Virus record (IMG/VR): IMGVR_UViG_3300044846_005229
Location: 1-64,000 of that record
DNA: 64,000 nucleotides
Direction: 5' to 3' (one strand)
Position 1 is the stretch's first letter. Each line of letters starts with the position of its first letter. Positions 36,039-47,151 of the stretch are shown one piece after another. The position numbers were made by a program, and so were the translations under genes. The notes below the pieces were generated by a model. It was not told where the DNA came from and made no database searches. It was given only the letters and a program-made list of their open reading frames with translations.

Positions 36039-39000
36039 TCATACTTTCGCTATTAAGATCATACCGTGATTTAGGTGTTCATTTATGATGGAGTTTCCTA
36101 TTTGTGCGTATAAATAATACAAATCGTGAGCACCTGGGTCTAGTGCTCTTGCCCATTGGGATCCTGTAGTTTGGTTATCAACTTGGGTCTCCCCGTAAAA
36201 AGCATCATCTACTGGAAAGGGAGTATTAGCCAAATTTAAATCCAACCCTGGTGCAACGTATGCCGTAGCCACGTTCGGCGGTGACTGAAAATTATTGTAT
36301 ATGTCTAGGAAACATGTTACAAGGGTATTTCCTGCTTGAATAAAGCTAATACGGGGAGCCACAGGGTAGACGCTACCTGGCACTAGCGCCCAATTATTCG
36401 CTGTTGGCGAGTTCCAACTGCTGCCGAAAAAGTACACAGCTCTAGCATCATACAAGTTATAATAGTTAGCCAAGTATAATCTTGGGTAATCAGCAGAGTT
36501 CACATCGTATATGGCCCCACCGAGACGCATCGTCGAAGTGCCAGCCGTAGTTGTGCGGACTAATCCGACAAATCTTCTGGAAAGATCGCCTAATTTACAA
36601 ATAATACCGTTTTGGCTGGACCGTGAAGGGGGGGACTGGGGGTTCGCCCATGCCACGAAATCGACTAAAAGGTTGGGGGCCAACAAAGGGTTAGAAGCAT
36701 TTCCGTTGTACACATAGATATCGTAAACTGTGTCAGGAGACGATGCAGGGGCTAAACTTCTCGTTAATACCCCTGAGAAAGGCACGATTTGCCAAACTTG
36801 TTCGGTAGTGTTGTATAGGGCTATTTCACTACCATTGTAAGGGTGAATGTAAAGGTTGGTACTATTAAGCTGGTTGCTACTTGGGACAGGAGAGGATCCA
36901 GATAGGCTGAGTCTTAAATTTACAACGCTCTTGATAGCAGAACTAACAGCATATGATAAACTATAAGGGGTGATAGCCGTGTCGGTAGACAGGAGTTGTT
37001 GAGATTCCTGGGTAGTGGACAATCGGATAATGCCCTGATCGGTTTCAGTTGCAGATCTGAAATTCGTATACCACTCTGGTGAGAAAATTGGGGCCCCGTC
37101 GATTTGACACCCAGACGAAAACTCCATGTTGGTTGTCACATTAAGAGAGTCTACGGTCAAAGCCGGGTAGTAAGTCGGCAAATCTACCCCCGAGAACGGA
37201 TTTCCAATGTCGGAAATTCCTATGGTTGATCCCGTGCTCAAGTCAGTCAGTCCAGCAGGTGTTACAAAGAAACCTTCTTGGTTGAAACCGGTTGCATAAA
37301 CTCGGCCACCAAGTTCATTAGTGAAATAATATGTGAACTGGTTTTGTGGGGACAAATCACCTTGATAACGGGGGAGAGCCTTCGTATAGTTTAAGAAACC
37401 AGCCCACTCCCAAGCATGGCCGAACATGCGTAAAACTGATGGCCGCCTGAACTCAATGGGCCAGTTCGACAATAAGTTGGCTGCCCCATTAGGGACATAG
37501 CCTTTCATATCCACATTAGAAGCCGGGTTTAATTCCCTGGAGGCAGTTGGTACCGGCAGCAAAATGCTGGTAACTTGCGGGGCAGTGAAGCCGATGCCAA
37601 TTAAAAATTGGTAAACACCCCTATAGTCGGTTGCCGTGGTGTACTGGGAAATAATCTTAGGGTCAGTGGACCAACAAGTAGTTAGATTATAGCCACAATT
37701 TGTAGTGGGTTGATTCCCATCTGTATCATTATCGAAATAAATTACGGGGGCTGTGTTGATGAAAAAGTCGTAAGCATTATAGTCAGATCGCATATGAACA
37801 TAGGACTGACTCCACTTTTCGGTGTCAAAAGCAGCGTCCGAGTTTTTAACTACACATGTGAAGTGCTTATTTTGATATTTAACTGTTTCACCTGGCCTGT
37901 AGTAATTACCTGCAGTCCAGACATTAGAAGGGTTCGCTCTTTCCAGAATAACTTGGGCTTTCCTGACAACAGGGTCAGTTCCGATTGGGATGGGGCCCGA
38001 TTTATTGACAATCACCATGTCAGAATCAGGAAGCAAGCCTATGATACCGCCACCAGAACCTAAAGTAGTTTGAATTACATAGTCTCTTAGGGGGGTGCGA
38101 GTGTTGCTATCAGTGTTGGTGGCATTAATACTATAGCGTCTTTGGCTCAAAGAGCGACTATCTGTAAGGCGTCGGACATAGACCTTGCTGCCCACCAAAT
38201 TAGGGGCACCGTCAACCCCCGGGAAATCCCCTCTCTGGTTCCCCATTGGAACGGTAATTTGGATGTTTTCAGGGTTTGAGGAACTCCAAGCCGCTGAGGA
38301 TAAAGGTGCCCTCCAATCGGGTCCGCTTGAGTTCTCAATCCACAAGTAACTACCACTTGCAAAAGTATAATTCTTAGACGCAAGAACCTGTGGAACACCG
38401 GGGTAAACCTCCGAGTCAATTAATGGTTGAGCTAGAGTGATGTTAATGGCATTATTTGCTACACCGGCACTTACAACCCCTAAAGAAATGTTATTTACTA
38501 CAGTAGTTTGATCCGTCATGTTTGTTGCCAGGTTTATTGTGGCAACGTTCCAGTTTGTATCTTGAGGGAATGCGTCTGTTTTATAACCCTCTGCCAAAGC
38601 AGCGCAACCTCCAAAAGAACTGTTAGAGTTTGTTGTAGAAATTTCACCGCCAGATTTCACCCAGTGGTGTATGCCTTGGCCAATGGCAAATACGGAAACC
38701 TCCTGAATGAACGCTTCATTGATGGCCTTAATGTGGAAGCTTCTCTTCGTAGGATCCATCCTAACATTATTAGGATCTAACGCAATATATGAGTCGTAAT
38801 TGGCAATTGTATTGGTCCAAGTTTTAGGGCCTGAATTATACTTCTGCCAACAGCTTAAGTCCCTCTGCAAACTAACTCCAGTAAACTGAGCTGTAACCAT
38901 GGATTTAAATCCAGTCACATCATTACCGTCAGCATTGATACCGCAAAGACCATAGGCCGACCGTACAGAGCAGTTGAAGATGTACGGAGACGCCCCCATG

Positions 39001-40178
39001 ATGCCATCTGTATCTTGTTCTGGAGTGCCTGGTGGTTGAGGTGCAACAATCTCTGTTTCCCCGGGATTGACAGGAACGTCAGGGTAGGACTGAGCGAAAA
39101 TTGTCTGAACTTTTGCATAGTAATCGTCCAAATCCGTATCAGAAACGAACGAAAAACAATCTAGGAGGTGATGACTATCGGAAAGACCTTCCTGGTCCTT
39201 GAAAGTGAAGTTAAAGAAGAATCCCCCACCAGTAATCCTTAGGATAGACCCCCGATCGGTATCAATATCCCCCGTCTTTGGCGGGACGTATAGGGGTCTG
39301 ATCACAGTTTTCCTCAGATCTTCACCGATGACTGATACGCCCCTAGGAAGAATAACACCGGGGTAATTCACGCTATTCATGGCCCTTAATTGGGCGTCAG
39401 ACGGAATGGTATCGTTTACCCAGGCTGAAACGGACGCGCTACCAATGGCATTATCAATCAATGCAACCCCTGCAGCACACTTAATCACAAAACGATCGAA
39501 TGACTGAGAATCCTGACCTAGGCCATTTTGAATTCTAGCTACTTCTAACGCAGCTCTTTGGAGGGTTTTGAAGGGTTTTTGAGCAGTGTAGCCAGCCTGC
39601 GTCATTTGGTTGGTGACAACTGGTGTTGCAGTACCGTCGTAAATTCCGGTTACATAGATATCACTCCCGATTTGAGAGTTCACGTAGAGAGTATAAGTTC
39701 CTGTGAGAAGGGCTTCGTTTAGGTCAGCAGGGCCATAGGATGTCTGGGTCCAATTGCCACCGTAATTTATAAATAGATTACCATTCTCACTGTTCCAATA
39801 TAAACCACCTTCTGGGGCTCCCCCTAAGCTTGTTCCGATAACCGGGTTAGTAATGGAAATAGGCAATGCGGCTTTGAGGTTAGAAGCGTTAGTACCGTCC
39901 TCCACTAAGCCAAAGCCAGGGACCCTGCCCCAGGATAAATTATTGCCACTCCTAAAAACTAGTTGGCCATTGACCAGTGGGGAATTGGGCCATTTATATG
40001 AATTAAATGCCGTAAGACTATTGGTCTTCACAACTCCCACGGACGAATCAGATGAGAAATTTATGGTACCATCAGGTAAAATCTCAACTCCTACGCCTGC
40101 TTTAACACCTTGGACTTGGTCCTCAAGAACCTCACCCTGGCTTGCATCCCCAGCTATGTATTGGGCTCTGGTTAACAT
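36039..40178 (-). CDS. Large virion structural/tail fibre protein
   Basis: 1379 aa; GEDLRKTVIRPLYVP and AGFLNYTKALP motifs shared with 40223..45046. Confidence 0.65.
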   Translation of the reverse strand: MLTRAQYIAGDASQGEVLEDQVQGVKAGVGVEILPDGTINFSSDSSVGVVKTNSLTAFNSYKWPNSPLVNGQLVFRSGNNLSWGRVPGFGLVEDGTNASNLKAALPISITNPVIGTSLGGAPEGGLYWNSENGNLFINYGGNWTQTSYGPADLNEALLTGTYTLYVNSQIGSDIYVTGIYDGTATPVVTNQMTQAGYTAQKPFKTLQRAALEVARIQNGLGQDSQSFDRFVIKCAAGVALIDNAIGSASVSAWVNDTIPSDAQLRAMNSVNYPGVILPRGVSVIGEDLRKTVIRPLYVPPKTGDIDTDRGSILRITGGGFFFNFTFKDQEGLSDSHHLLDCFSFVSDTDLDDYYAKVQTIFAQSYPDVPVNPGETEIVAPQPPGTPEQDTDGIMGASPYIFNCSVRSAYGLCGINADGNDVTGFKSMVTAQFTGVSLQRDLSCWQKYNSGPKTWTNTIANYDSYIALDPNNVRMDPTKRSFHIKAINEAFIQEVSVFAIGQGIHHWVKSGGEISTTNSNSSFGGCAALAEGYKTDAFPQDTNWNVATINLATNMTDQTTVVNNISLGVVSAGVANNAINITLAQPLIDSEVYPGVPQVLASKNYTFASGSYLWIENSSGPDWRAPLSSAAWSSSNPENIQITVPMGNQRGDFPGVDGAPNLVGSKVYVRRLTDSRSLSQRRYSINATNTDSNTRTPLRDYVIQTTLGSGGGIIGLLPDSDMVIVNKSGPIPIGTDPVVRKAQVILERANPSNVWTAGNYYRPGETVKYQNKHFTCVVKNSDAAFDTEKWSQSYVHMRSDYNAYDFFINTAPVIYFDNDTDGNQPTTNCGYNLTTCWSTDPKIISQYTTATDYRGVYQFLIGIGFTAPQVTSILLPVPTASRELNPASNVDMKGYVPNGAANLLSNWPIEFRRPSVLRMFGHAWEWAGFLNYTKALPRYQGDLSPQNQFTYYFTNELGGRVYATGFNQEGFFVTPAGLTDLSTGSTIGISDIGNPFSGVDLPTYYPALTVDSLNVTTNMEFSSGCQIDGAPIFSPEWYTNFRSATETDQGIIRLSTTQESQQLLSTDTAITPYSLSYAVSSAIKSVVNLRLSLSGSSPVPSSNQLNSTNLYIHPYNGSEIALYNTTEQVWQIVPFSGVLTRSLAPASSPDTVYDIYVYNGNASNPLLAPNLLVDFVAWANPQSPPSRSSQNGIICKLGDLSRRFVGLVRTTTAGTSTMRLGGAIYDVNSADYPRLYLANYYNLYDARAVYFFGSSWNSPTANNWALVPGSVYPVAPRISFIQAGNTLVTCFLDIYNNFQSPPNVATAYVAPGLDLNLANTPFPVDDAFYGETQVDNQTTGSQWARALDPGAHDLYYLYAQIGNSIINEHLNHGMILIAKV

Positions 40179-40222
40179 CTGATTTTTTCATCTAGTATGG
40201 TTATTTTACCCGCACCGGGTGT

Positions 40223-43200
40223 TTACTGTATGATACCAGCACCATCAGCAAGTTCTAGAACAATGCTGGGACCCCATTTCAAGAACGAGGGAGCACCATA
40301 TTTACCTGACGGGCAAGTTATAAACTCAGCGTTAGTTATGACCCTGATGTTTATTGTGGTGCCTTCTGCGGGGCCTTCGGTGAATATTATTTTAGATCCC
40401 TCCACCCGGTATGAGTAGGCACTTTCGGGCGCACCTGGGAAATAAGGTATCTGCATAGCCCCACCTAAACTCACCATGATACCCTGAGAACTCACCGAAG
40501 CAGCATTAACGGGTCTTGGCAAAGTTTCCCCAACATCAAAATATCCATAAGTCAAGTCAAACTCGGTTTTTACACCATTGAATTGACTAGAGATTGAATT
40601 TAAAGAATATACTTGAACGGGGTAAACCGATTGAATAGCCCAGAAAGAGGAGGTACAAACAGTTCTAACATCGAATATAGTACCAACTGCAAGAGCCTCA
40701 GAGAAGGTAATCTCCATCTCCGAACCAGAAAGCCTGGTCATGGTGTAGGAATAGGGCTCCAAGGGGCCAACAGTCGTAAGAGGCAATTGCTCGGTACCAC
40801 CTAAGAATACAAAAGTATTATTGGCATTGATGTCAAATGGGGTCAAATTAATTGTAGGATCTTTTGATACCAGAGTAAAGGAGAACCTGACGCCATCAAT
40901 TTGTTGACCATCTTTAATCTTCAGGGGCACCATTTGCAAGGTTCTATTGTCGTCATCAGATGTAATGATTCTGATGTCACTTACTGCCCCCGGTAAAGGG
41001 GCTTCACTGAAGGTTATTTGATTACCATTAACTGTATAGTTATTGCCGGGCACTTGGGTGACAGCACCCAGGATTGCAAAAATAGAGTTAGCCGAAAGCT
41101 GAGATGGGGGAATAGGTACTCCACCTTTAGTTAAAGTGAAGGTTGTTGTTGTACCGTTGAATAGAGACGTAATCGAATCCGCTGAATATACGGTAACTTG
41201 CCCAGGAAACTCCACGAATGGCTGTTGCTCGTAAATCTGTTGATTTATTGGGTTTGCGGAAGGATTGATTTGTTCGAAGTAGTTGGCTGTGAGGGCCTGT
41301 CTTTGGGGGCCAAAAATGATGATCTCACCCTTATCGTTAACACCCGTAATTGTCAACCTGCCACTCCACAAAGTAGTTGCTTGAAAGTCAGCCGCTAATT
41401 TTCTTGAGATGTCATTTGTTTGGAATTTAGGTAAGCCACGGGAATAGTTATAGTGCCCAGTGTATGCCCACGTATGGGTATTAGCTATGACTATAGAGGG
41501 TTGATTGAACTCTACAGGCCACCTGCTGGTAGTTAGAGCGTATCCACCGGCTTCAGGGGTCAACGGTAGAGACCCAATACGCAAGAGCCTTTCTCCCCAA
41601 TATTTAGGTTGGAGATAAGTCAGCAAAGACTCCGAGGAATACCCCATAATCTGAAAGAACCTTAGTATTGCCCTCTTGGTGTTGGACCAATTGGGGTCAT
41701 ACAACCCAGGTTCAGGGATTGGATTAGTGCTGCAAACTCTAACAGAAGTTTGAATGGGCCAAGGATTTGGAATGGTACCGGAAGTAAAGTAGAAACTATT
41801 ACCAGAGTTAAGTCTGATGGCCCTGATTATAGACCCGGAGATGCCTACTACTCGGACAAATTCATGATTGGTGTCATTTCCGATTCTAACGATGGAAACG
41901 GTTTGCCTTGGGTTCTGCAAAACACTGGCAGATAAGACAGAAAATTCAACTATTTCAGGTCCGTATCTTTGTGTGGGGCCGGGTAATTGTTCAGTTTGTA
42001 TGACTTCCAATGGGCTTACTAGGAAAGTTTCTGGCCCGGTAATAGAGTCCTTGAGGCAAATGCCAAGAGACTCGGACCCATCATCATCGTCGTACTGATT
42101 ATTAACTGGGTAGGTGGTGTAAGGATTGGTAGACCCACGGAAGTAAGTAGAATTTGTATAAATGGACGAGTATTCATCAGCAGCATATGACCCCTGGAAA
42201 GTCTGACTGACCAAGTCCTGTCTTTCTAAGGTACTAGTATCGACAAATGGAGAATTGGTTGATGTTGGGGATAGTTTCTCTGGGCCAGATGTGGGCTGGA
42301 AGTTACTAGCTTCCCCATAGTAAACTGAAGTCCAATAATTATTTTCCGCAGCATACCAGTTTCTATTGGCATATGTGGTGTAGGTTCCCGATGGGTTATC
42401 AAAGGTAAGATAACTACCGCTATCAGGGTCATAATTCTGCACCCAGGGCCTATCATAATCGGATGCTGTTATTGTAACGTAATATTCTATGTCCTGATTA
42501 CCGTCCCCAATCAAATAATTAAACTGAGGTGAGGACCCTAAAATTCCAGTCTCTACTGCATCAACAGTAAATATGCGGCCCCATCCCCCCAGTACCCCTG
42601 GGTCAAATTGGACATTTGGCCTTAAACTCGATGACCCGAGAATCTGACTGCTTTGGTTGAGACGTAGAACATCACCTATTTGAGGGGAGATGGCATTAGA
42701 TGATGTATTACTTAGCACCATACTGTAGGACTTCTCAATGTCACTACGTGGGTCATGGAATCGTCTAATATAGGGTACTCCTAAAACGGGAATCAAATTA
42801 ACATCAGTCGGTATGGTACTATCTGATGACCTAATTCTTAACTGGGCAAATCTAGCTGGGTCGTCCTGACCGGTATTAACTGTGGGACCACCGTCTGTGG
42901 CCAGGAAACCACGGTATGTGCATTCCTCCGTCTCCACCCAAATTGCACTGCCCGGCTTCAAAGAATAAGGTAGTAAATACCGTGGATCAAAATCCGCACT
43001 CAACTCGACTAGCTGAATTTCGGTATTAGTTGGATCGATGTAGGAGCTTACTACTCTGGATCCTAGAGAAAGAATCTTTTTGTTTTCTGACTTCTCAACT
43101 TGACCGATAGTTAAAGCTAGGGGCCTCTGGATGCCCTCGAAGACAAATCCTTGAGCGTTATTTTGTGCCCCACTTATTGTATTAATACCAAGGAAACCCT

Positions 43201-45046
43201 CAGCTTTAAAAGCTACGGACCCGAAGTTACTTGTGCTGTTAGTTAGGCTGGTGATTCCCCCATTTAGTGACCATACACCAATTGCTGGACCAACGGTGTA
43301 CACAGATTGTAGTTGAGCATAGGCTCCGTTCCTCACTCTGAACCCAAAATGTCTAAAGTCTGTGTCTATGTCTACTATCCCCAGGCTAAGATTATCAGCT
43401 GTTTTCAGGTTCTGGTAGTAATAGCGTATGTTATTAATGGGTACTGAGTTTAATTCCTGAAGTTGGTCTTCAATGGTAACATCTACTATAGATGCGGGCC
43501 TTTGCGATAGGGGCTTGGATAGATATGTATACTCAGTTAACGACCACCACTTCTGTTCAGACTCTAGAGTTGTATAAACCTCGTATGCCGTTGGGTCATT
43601 TTGTAAACTGACAGATGTGCAAGAATTAACAATGACGGACTTAAACCCAAGGATGTTAGATCCGTTAAAATCATTAAAGCACATTCCGTAATCGGACTTT
43701 AAATTTACTTGATTGACATAGGAGGATGAATTTTTTGTAGTATTTGAATTGATATTGTTCGGGAAAGCCGTATCTGTGGGGCCCACGATGACAAAATCAC
43801 CTGAATTAACCAATAAATTGCCGTCAGTGACTTTACCACCGAAGAATACAGGGAAAGCCCTTTGAACCTTAGTGTAATACTCGGCTAAGTCATTTTTAGA
43901 TGCCTCTTCAACTACTCTTAGTCTGTGGGCTGACCTCAAGGTGAGAGAACAGTTGAAAATTACTGCCCTGGAATTAACATTAAGTGGAATTGATGTAAAT
44001 GCAACACTGGGTGCCCCACCAAATGGCAATTGCTTTTCTGTGGATAACTGAAAAGTATATGTTGTTATGGGGATGGCATAGTATTCACCAGCAGAAAAGG
44101 ATCCGGTGCTTTGGTCTATGCCAGTCGAGTACTGGGTGTCAACTAAATCATTCAATTCTAACCCATGCGGCCTCTTAGATCTAAATAACGCATAGGAATC
44201 CTGGTTGGTAACTTCGACCACTTCGATGTAGTTTACTTTGTCATTAATTGAGAAGTTGGAAAGGGACGAGTTGCCTGATAGTTTAAAAATAGAAGTTGCA
44301 GGTTGATTAACTCCTGCCAATGCAGTGGGGAAAGTATGATTACGGTATGATGGTACATATGAAGGGCAAACTACGCACTTTCTCAAATCCAAGCCGACAA
44401 TAGAGATGCCGGATGGCACTATAATGGACCCGCTCTCAGTGTTAAATTTGCTTAAATCAGATGTGGAAATATCTCCCGTTCCATAATTTGACAGGTTAAG
44501 AGAAAAATCCGATAGGCTTTGCCCAGGGCCATTATTGGCAGTGAATCTTGACGACGCCAAAAAGATTGTGTACCTATTAGATTCACTCTTCTGGGATAAA
44601 CCAGCCAGTACGTTGCTGATATAAATTTTCGATAGCTCCAGGATAGCCCTTGTTAATGTCTGGTAGGGCAATGCTTGTCCATCATTGGCAATGGCATCCG
44701 AGGAGAACTGAAATTCCGGGGCTACAAATACCACGTTACCATTACCCCCAAGAAAAGGCGCTGCGATAGACCTCCATGACCTTACAGCATCGCCTACATT
44801 CAAAGTACCGTCAACGGTATTCAACCAGGATTCACCCCTCTCTGGGGTGCTTGTAGGGGCATCTGGTAGAACTGCCGTAGGACCAACTTTAATTACTCTT
44901 CCATCTGTTGTTCCAAAGAATAATCCCGGTTCTTGGCTATTGGTGTTCAAACCGATTTCGCCGGGTTGCAGTTGGTTGGTAGGACGCTTACCCAGGAGAC
45001 TGGATTTTGCGAAAATAATTTTGTTTGCTGATTGTTCTCTGGTCAT
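40223..45046 (-). CDS. Large virion structural/tail fibre protein
   Basis: 1607 aa; GLDLRKCVVCPSYVP; C-terminal repeated FNG..T.F.LT modules. Confidence 0.65.
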   Translation of the reverse strand: MTREQSANKIIFAKSSLLGKRPTNQLQPGEIGLNTNSQEPGLFFGTTDGRVIKVGPTAVLPDAPTSTPERGESWLNTVDGTLNVGDAVRSWRSIAAPFLGGNGNVVFVAPEFQFSSDAIANDGQALPYQTLTRAILELSKIYISNVLAGLSQKSESNRYTIFLASSRFTANNGPGQSLSDFSLNLSNYGTGDISTSDLSKFNTESGSIIVPSGISIVGLDLRKCVVCPSYVPSYRNHTFPTALAGVNQPATSIFKLSGNSSLSNFSINDKVNYIEVVEVTNQDSYALFRSKRPHGLELNDLVDTQYSTGIDQSTGSFSAGEYYAIPITTYTFQLSTEKQLPFGGAPSVAFTSIPLNVNSRAVIFNCSLTLRSAHRLRVVEEASKNDLAEYYTKVQRAFPVFFGGKVTDGNLLVNSGDFVIVGPTDTAFPNNINSNTTKNSSSYVNQVNLKSDYGMCFNDFNGSNILGFKSVIVNSCTSVSLQNDPTAYEVYTTLESEQKWWSLTEYTYLSKPLSQRPASIVDVTIEDQLQELNSVPINNIRYYYQNLKTADNLSLGIVDIDTDFRHFGFRVRNGAYAQLQSVYTVGPAIGVWSLNGGITSLTNSTSNFGSVAFKAEGFLGINTISGAQNNAQGFVFEGIQRPLALTIGQVEKSENKKILSLGSRVVSSYIDPTNTEIQLVELSADFDPRYLLPYSLKPGSAIWVETEECTYRGFLATDGGPTVNTGQDDPARFAQLRIRSSDSTIPTDVNLIPVLGVPYIRRFHDPRSDIEKSYSMVLSNTSSNAISPQIGDVLRLNQSSQILGSSSLRPNVQFDPGVLGGWGRIFTVDAVETGILGSSPQFNYLIGDGNQDIEYYVTITASDYDRPWVQNYDPDSGSYLTFDNPSGTYTTYANRNWYAAENNYWTSVYYGEASNFQPTSGPEKLSPTSTNSPFVDTSTLERQDLVSQTFQGSYAADEYSSIYTNSTYFRGSTNPYTTYPVNNQYDDDDGSESLGICLKDSITGPETFLVSPLEVIQTEQLPGPTQRYGPEIVEFSVLSASVLQNPRQTVSIVRIGNDTNHEFVRVVGISGSIIRAIRLNSGNSFYFTSGTIPNPWPIQTSVRVCSTNPIPEPGLYDPNWSNTKRAILRFFQIMGYSSESLLTYLQPKYWGERLLRIGSLPLTPEAGGYALTTSRWPVEFNQPSIVIANTHTWAYTGHYNYSRGLPKFQTNDISRKLAADFQATTLWSGRLTITGVNDKGEIIIFGPQRQALTANYFEQINPSANPINQQIYEQQPFVEFPGQVTVYSADSITSLFNGTTTTFTLTKGGVPIPPSQLSANSIFAILGAVTQVPGNNYTVNGNQITFSEAPLPGAVSDIRIITSDDDNRTLQMVPLKIKDGQQIDGVRFSFTLVSKDPTINLTPFDINANNTFVFLGGTEQLPLTTVGPLEPYSYTMTRLSGSEMEITFSEALAVGTIFDVRTVCTSSFWAIQSVYPVQVYSLNSISSQFNGVKTEFDLTYGYFDVGETLPRPVNAASVSSQGIMVSLGGAMQIPYFPGAPESAYSYRVEGSKIIFTEGPAEGTTINIRVITNAEFITCPSGKYGAPSFLKWGPSIVLELADGAGIIQ

Positions 45047-45094
45047 TGCTAAAGAGCTTTCTATTTGAGCGCAAAGGCGCCCCTATTCTTACCC

Positions 45095-46292
45095 TTAATC
45101 CTTAGAGTAGTCTTTGACTCCGTCATACAAAATGTCGATAACTTTGGCAGCGTCCTTGTTTGATAGCTTGGCCCATGGGCCTTTCTCGTATGACTTCAGG
45201 GGCTGCCCAACCCGGGACACAATCATCTGGGTAATTTCGTTGTTAGAGATGCCGTGACTCCTGAGCGCGTCGTAGACTTTGGGTAAATTATCTCTCATTT
45301 TTAATAGATTTTGAGGGGCATCTCTCTTGATTGACCCTTTATACGTCCCCATTTGGGGGTCTGTTTTTGATCTATGGTCCCCAGAAGTCAAGGGATCGGT
45401 TTTTCTAAGGTCGAAAGTCGAACTTTTTGGCAAAAACGCTTTATTAGTAAAAACCCCTAGTGCTTCAGATAACGCGGCTTTAACGCTTTGCTGAGATAAG
45501 CCCATATCAACAAACCTGGACTTACCGTTTTTATCGATTAAGACATTATCTCTATGGGCATCATTGTGGGCTATTCCGAGTTTATGAATCCGTGATCTCA
45601 GGAACCAGTAAGCGTCCCCTATAGTGGTTTTTCCAACTTTGTCTGAAGACTTACTAAAGTTACCATAACTCTCACCTGGCACCAGGCCCATAACTATACG
45701 ACCATTTATGATGTAAACACCACCCTCTGCCTTTGGTTTGCCTTTGGCTATTTCCCCCATATATCAGTTTAGGGCCTAGACCGGCTTTCCCTAAGATTTG
45801 AGTTATTTCCGCTTCCGTTGTACTTACCTGGCCACGTTTAACGGCATAGCTCGGGTTTCCCTTTATCAAGAGCACAGTACCAAACCCACCTTCCCCTAAT
45901 TTGGTTCCTTTACTTAGGGACCCCGACCAGTCAAATTGATCCTTAGTACCATTAATGACCCTGCCTACCTTGAAACTAGAGTCAAAATCAGAAGCATCAT
46001 CTCTGGCCCATTGTGTGTTGCCAGTAATTATTTTTCCTGGCTTCTTGATTGACTCTTGATTTACTTTGGGTACAGATTTTGTGCTTGCTTTTGTGTTTGG
46101 TTCCACCCTCGCCAAGTAGTCTTCCAGACTTTCCTTGGCATCATCGATGAAACTAGCATCAATAGACCCGGATATACGGTCAATAGATTTAGATATGTCA
46201 TCCCCAAAATCAACCCTACAAACCTTTAGTCGGGCTATACATGTTGACCCGCATGATTTTCCTATATCACACCTATCCCCTTTACCAAACAC
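45095..46292 (-). pseudogene. Cys4-module protein kinase-like gene (kinase 2), split by +1 frameshift in G5 run at 45754-45758
   Basis: CDIGKSCGSTCIARLKVC, GEGGFG, AVKRG upstream; HNDAHRDN, FVDMG downstream. Deleting one G gives ...GPKLIYGEIAK... and a 398-aa ORF. Confidence 0.75.
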
Positions 46293-46296
46293 GGAC

Positions 46297-46731
46297 TCAG
46301 CCCCCGTTTAGTAAAGTCTCTAGTCTAGCGATTCGGTTTGATACTGTGTCTATCTTTTCGGAATACGACAATTCTTCACCCGTGGCGATTCGGTGATCAT
46401 CGGTATTCTTTCTGGCTAGGTCCAAGGTAGCCATCTTGGCATCAATGTCTTCGCGCTTCTTGACTAGTTCCTTAACTTGCTTCATTTGTTCTTGCAAGGA
46501 TTGAAACGCACCCCTCTGACGGGAGATTTTCATTTTCTCGTTTAGGGACTCTATTTGGCTGGTTAAATCCGTATGCTTTTTCCCAAGGTCTCCATACTCG
46601 CTATAACTAGGTCGAAGGCCCAGGACTACTGTAGGCTCCATTACGGTACCTTTGGCATAATCTGTGGGCTTATGGGAATAAGCTTGGATCGCCTTATCGT
46701 ATGCTTCTTTTGAGATTTTATCTTTTCTCAT
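46297..46731 (-). CDS. Coiled-coil hypothetical protein
   Basis: 144 aa; GGGTAAA 23 nt upstream. Confidence 0.6.
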   Translation of the reverse strand: MRKDKISKEAYDKAIQAYSHKPTDYAKGTVMEPTVVLGLRPSYSEYGDLGKKHTDLTSQIESLNEKMKISRQRGAFQSLQEQMKQVKELVKKREDIDAKMATLDLARKNTDDHRIATGEELSYSEKIDTVSNRIARLETLLNGG

Positions 46732-46760
46732 TTTAAGAGTCCATTATGTTTTCTTTTACC

Positions 46761-47151
46761 CTAATTGAAGTCGATGTTTTTTCTGGCCATAATGTCCATG
46801 GCTTCATTCCATTTAAATCGATTCGACCACCAGGAAGACGATGATGGTCCTTTAGCAATATTTTTTGCGTGACGGGCTTTGAATTTTTTACGCTTCATCT
46901 TCATGCGTTCAGATTCACCTTCTTTAGGTGACCCAGCGGTTTCTGCGCCCTTTTGGCCAAATTTTTTTCAATTCTTCCTCACCATCATGGCACCATTTGA
47001 CCACATGGCTTTTATCATCGCCAGGTTTTGTGGGGCGAGGTTTATTACAAGCCATTTTAGACTTATCGTAAGTCTCCCCAAACTGCTCAGCAAACATGTT
47101 ATAGAATGCCTCTAGGGCTTCATCGCTGAAATTTGCACTACCGTAAAGCAT
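46761..47151 (-). pseudogene. Basic conserved phage protein split by +1 frameshift in A7 run at 46962-46968
   Basis: Removing one A gives ...KSHVVKWCHDGEEELKKFGQKGAETAG...FKARHAKNIAKGPSSSSWWSNRFKW... (129 aa). Confidence 0.6.

Noticed and set aside
45750-45760. Programmed -1 frameshift at G GGA AAT
   Set aside because: -1 frame meets TAG immediately; the kinase needs +1.
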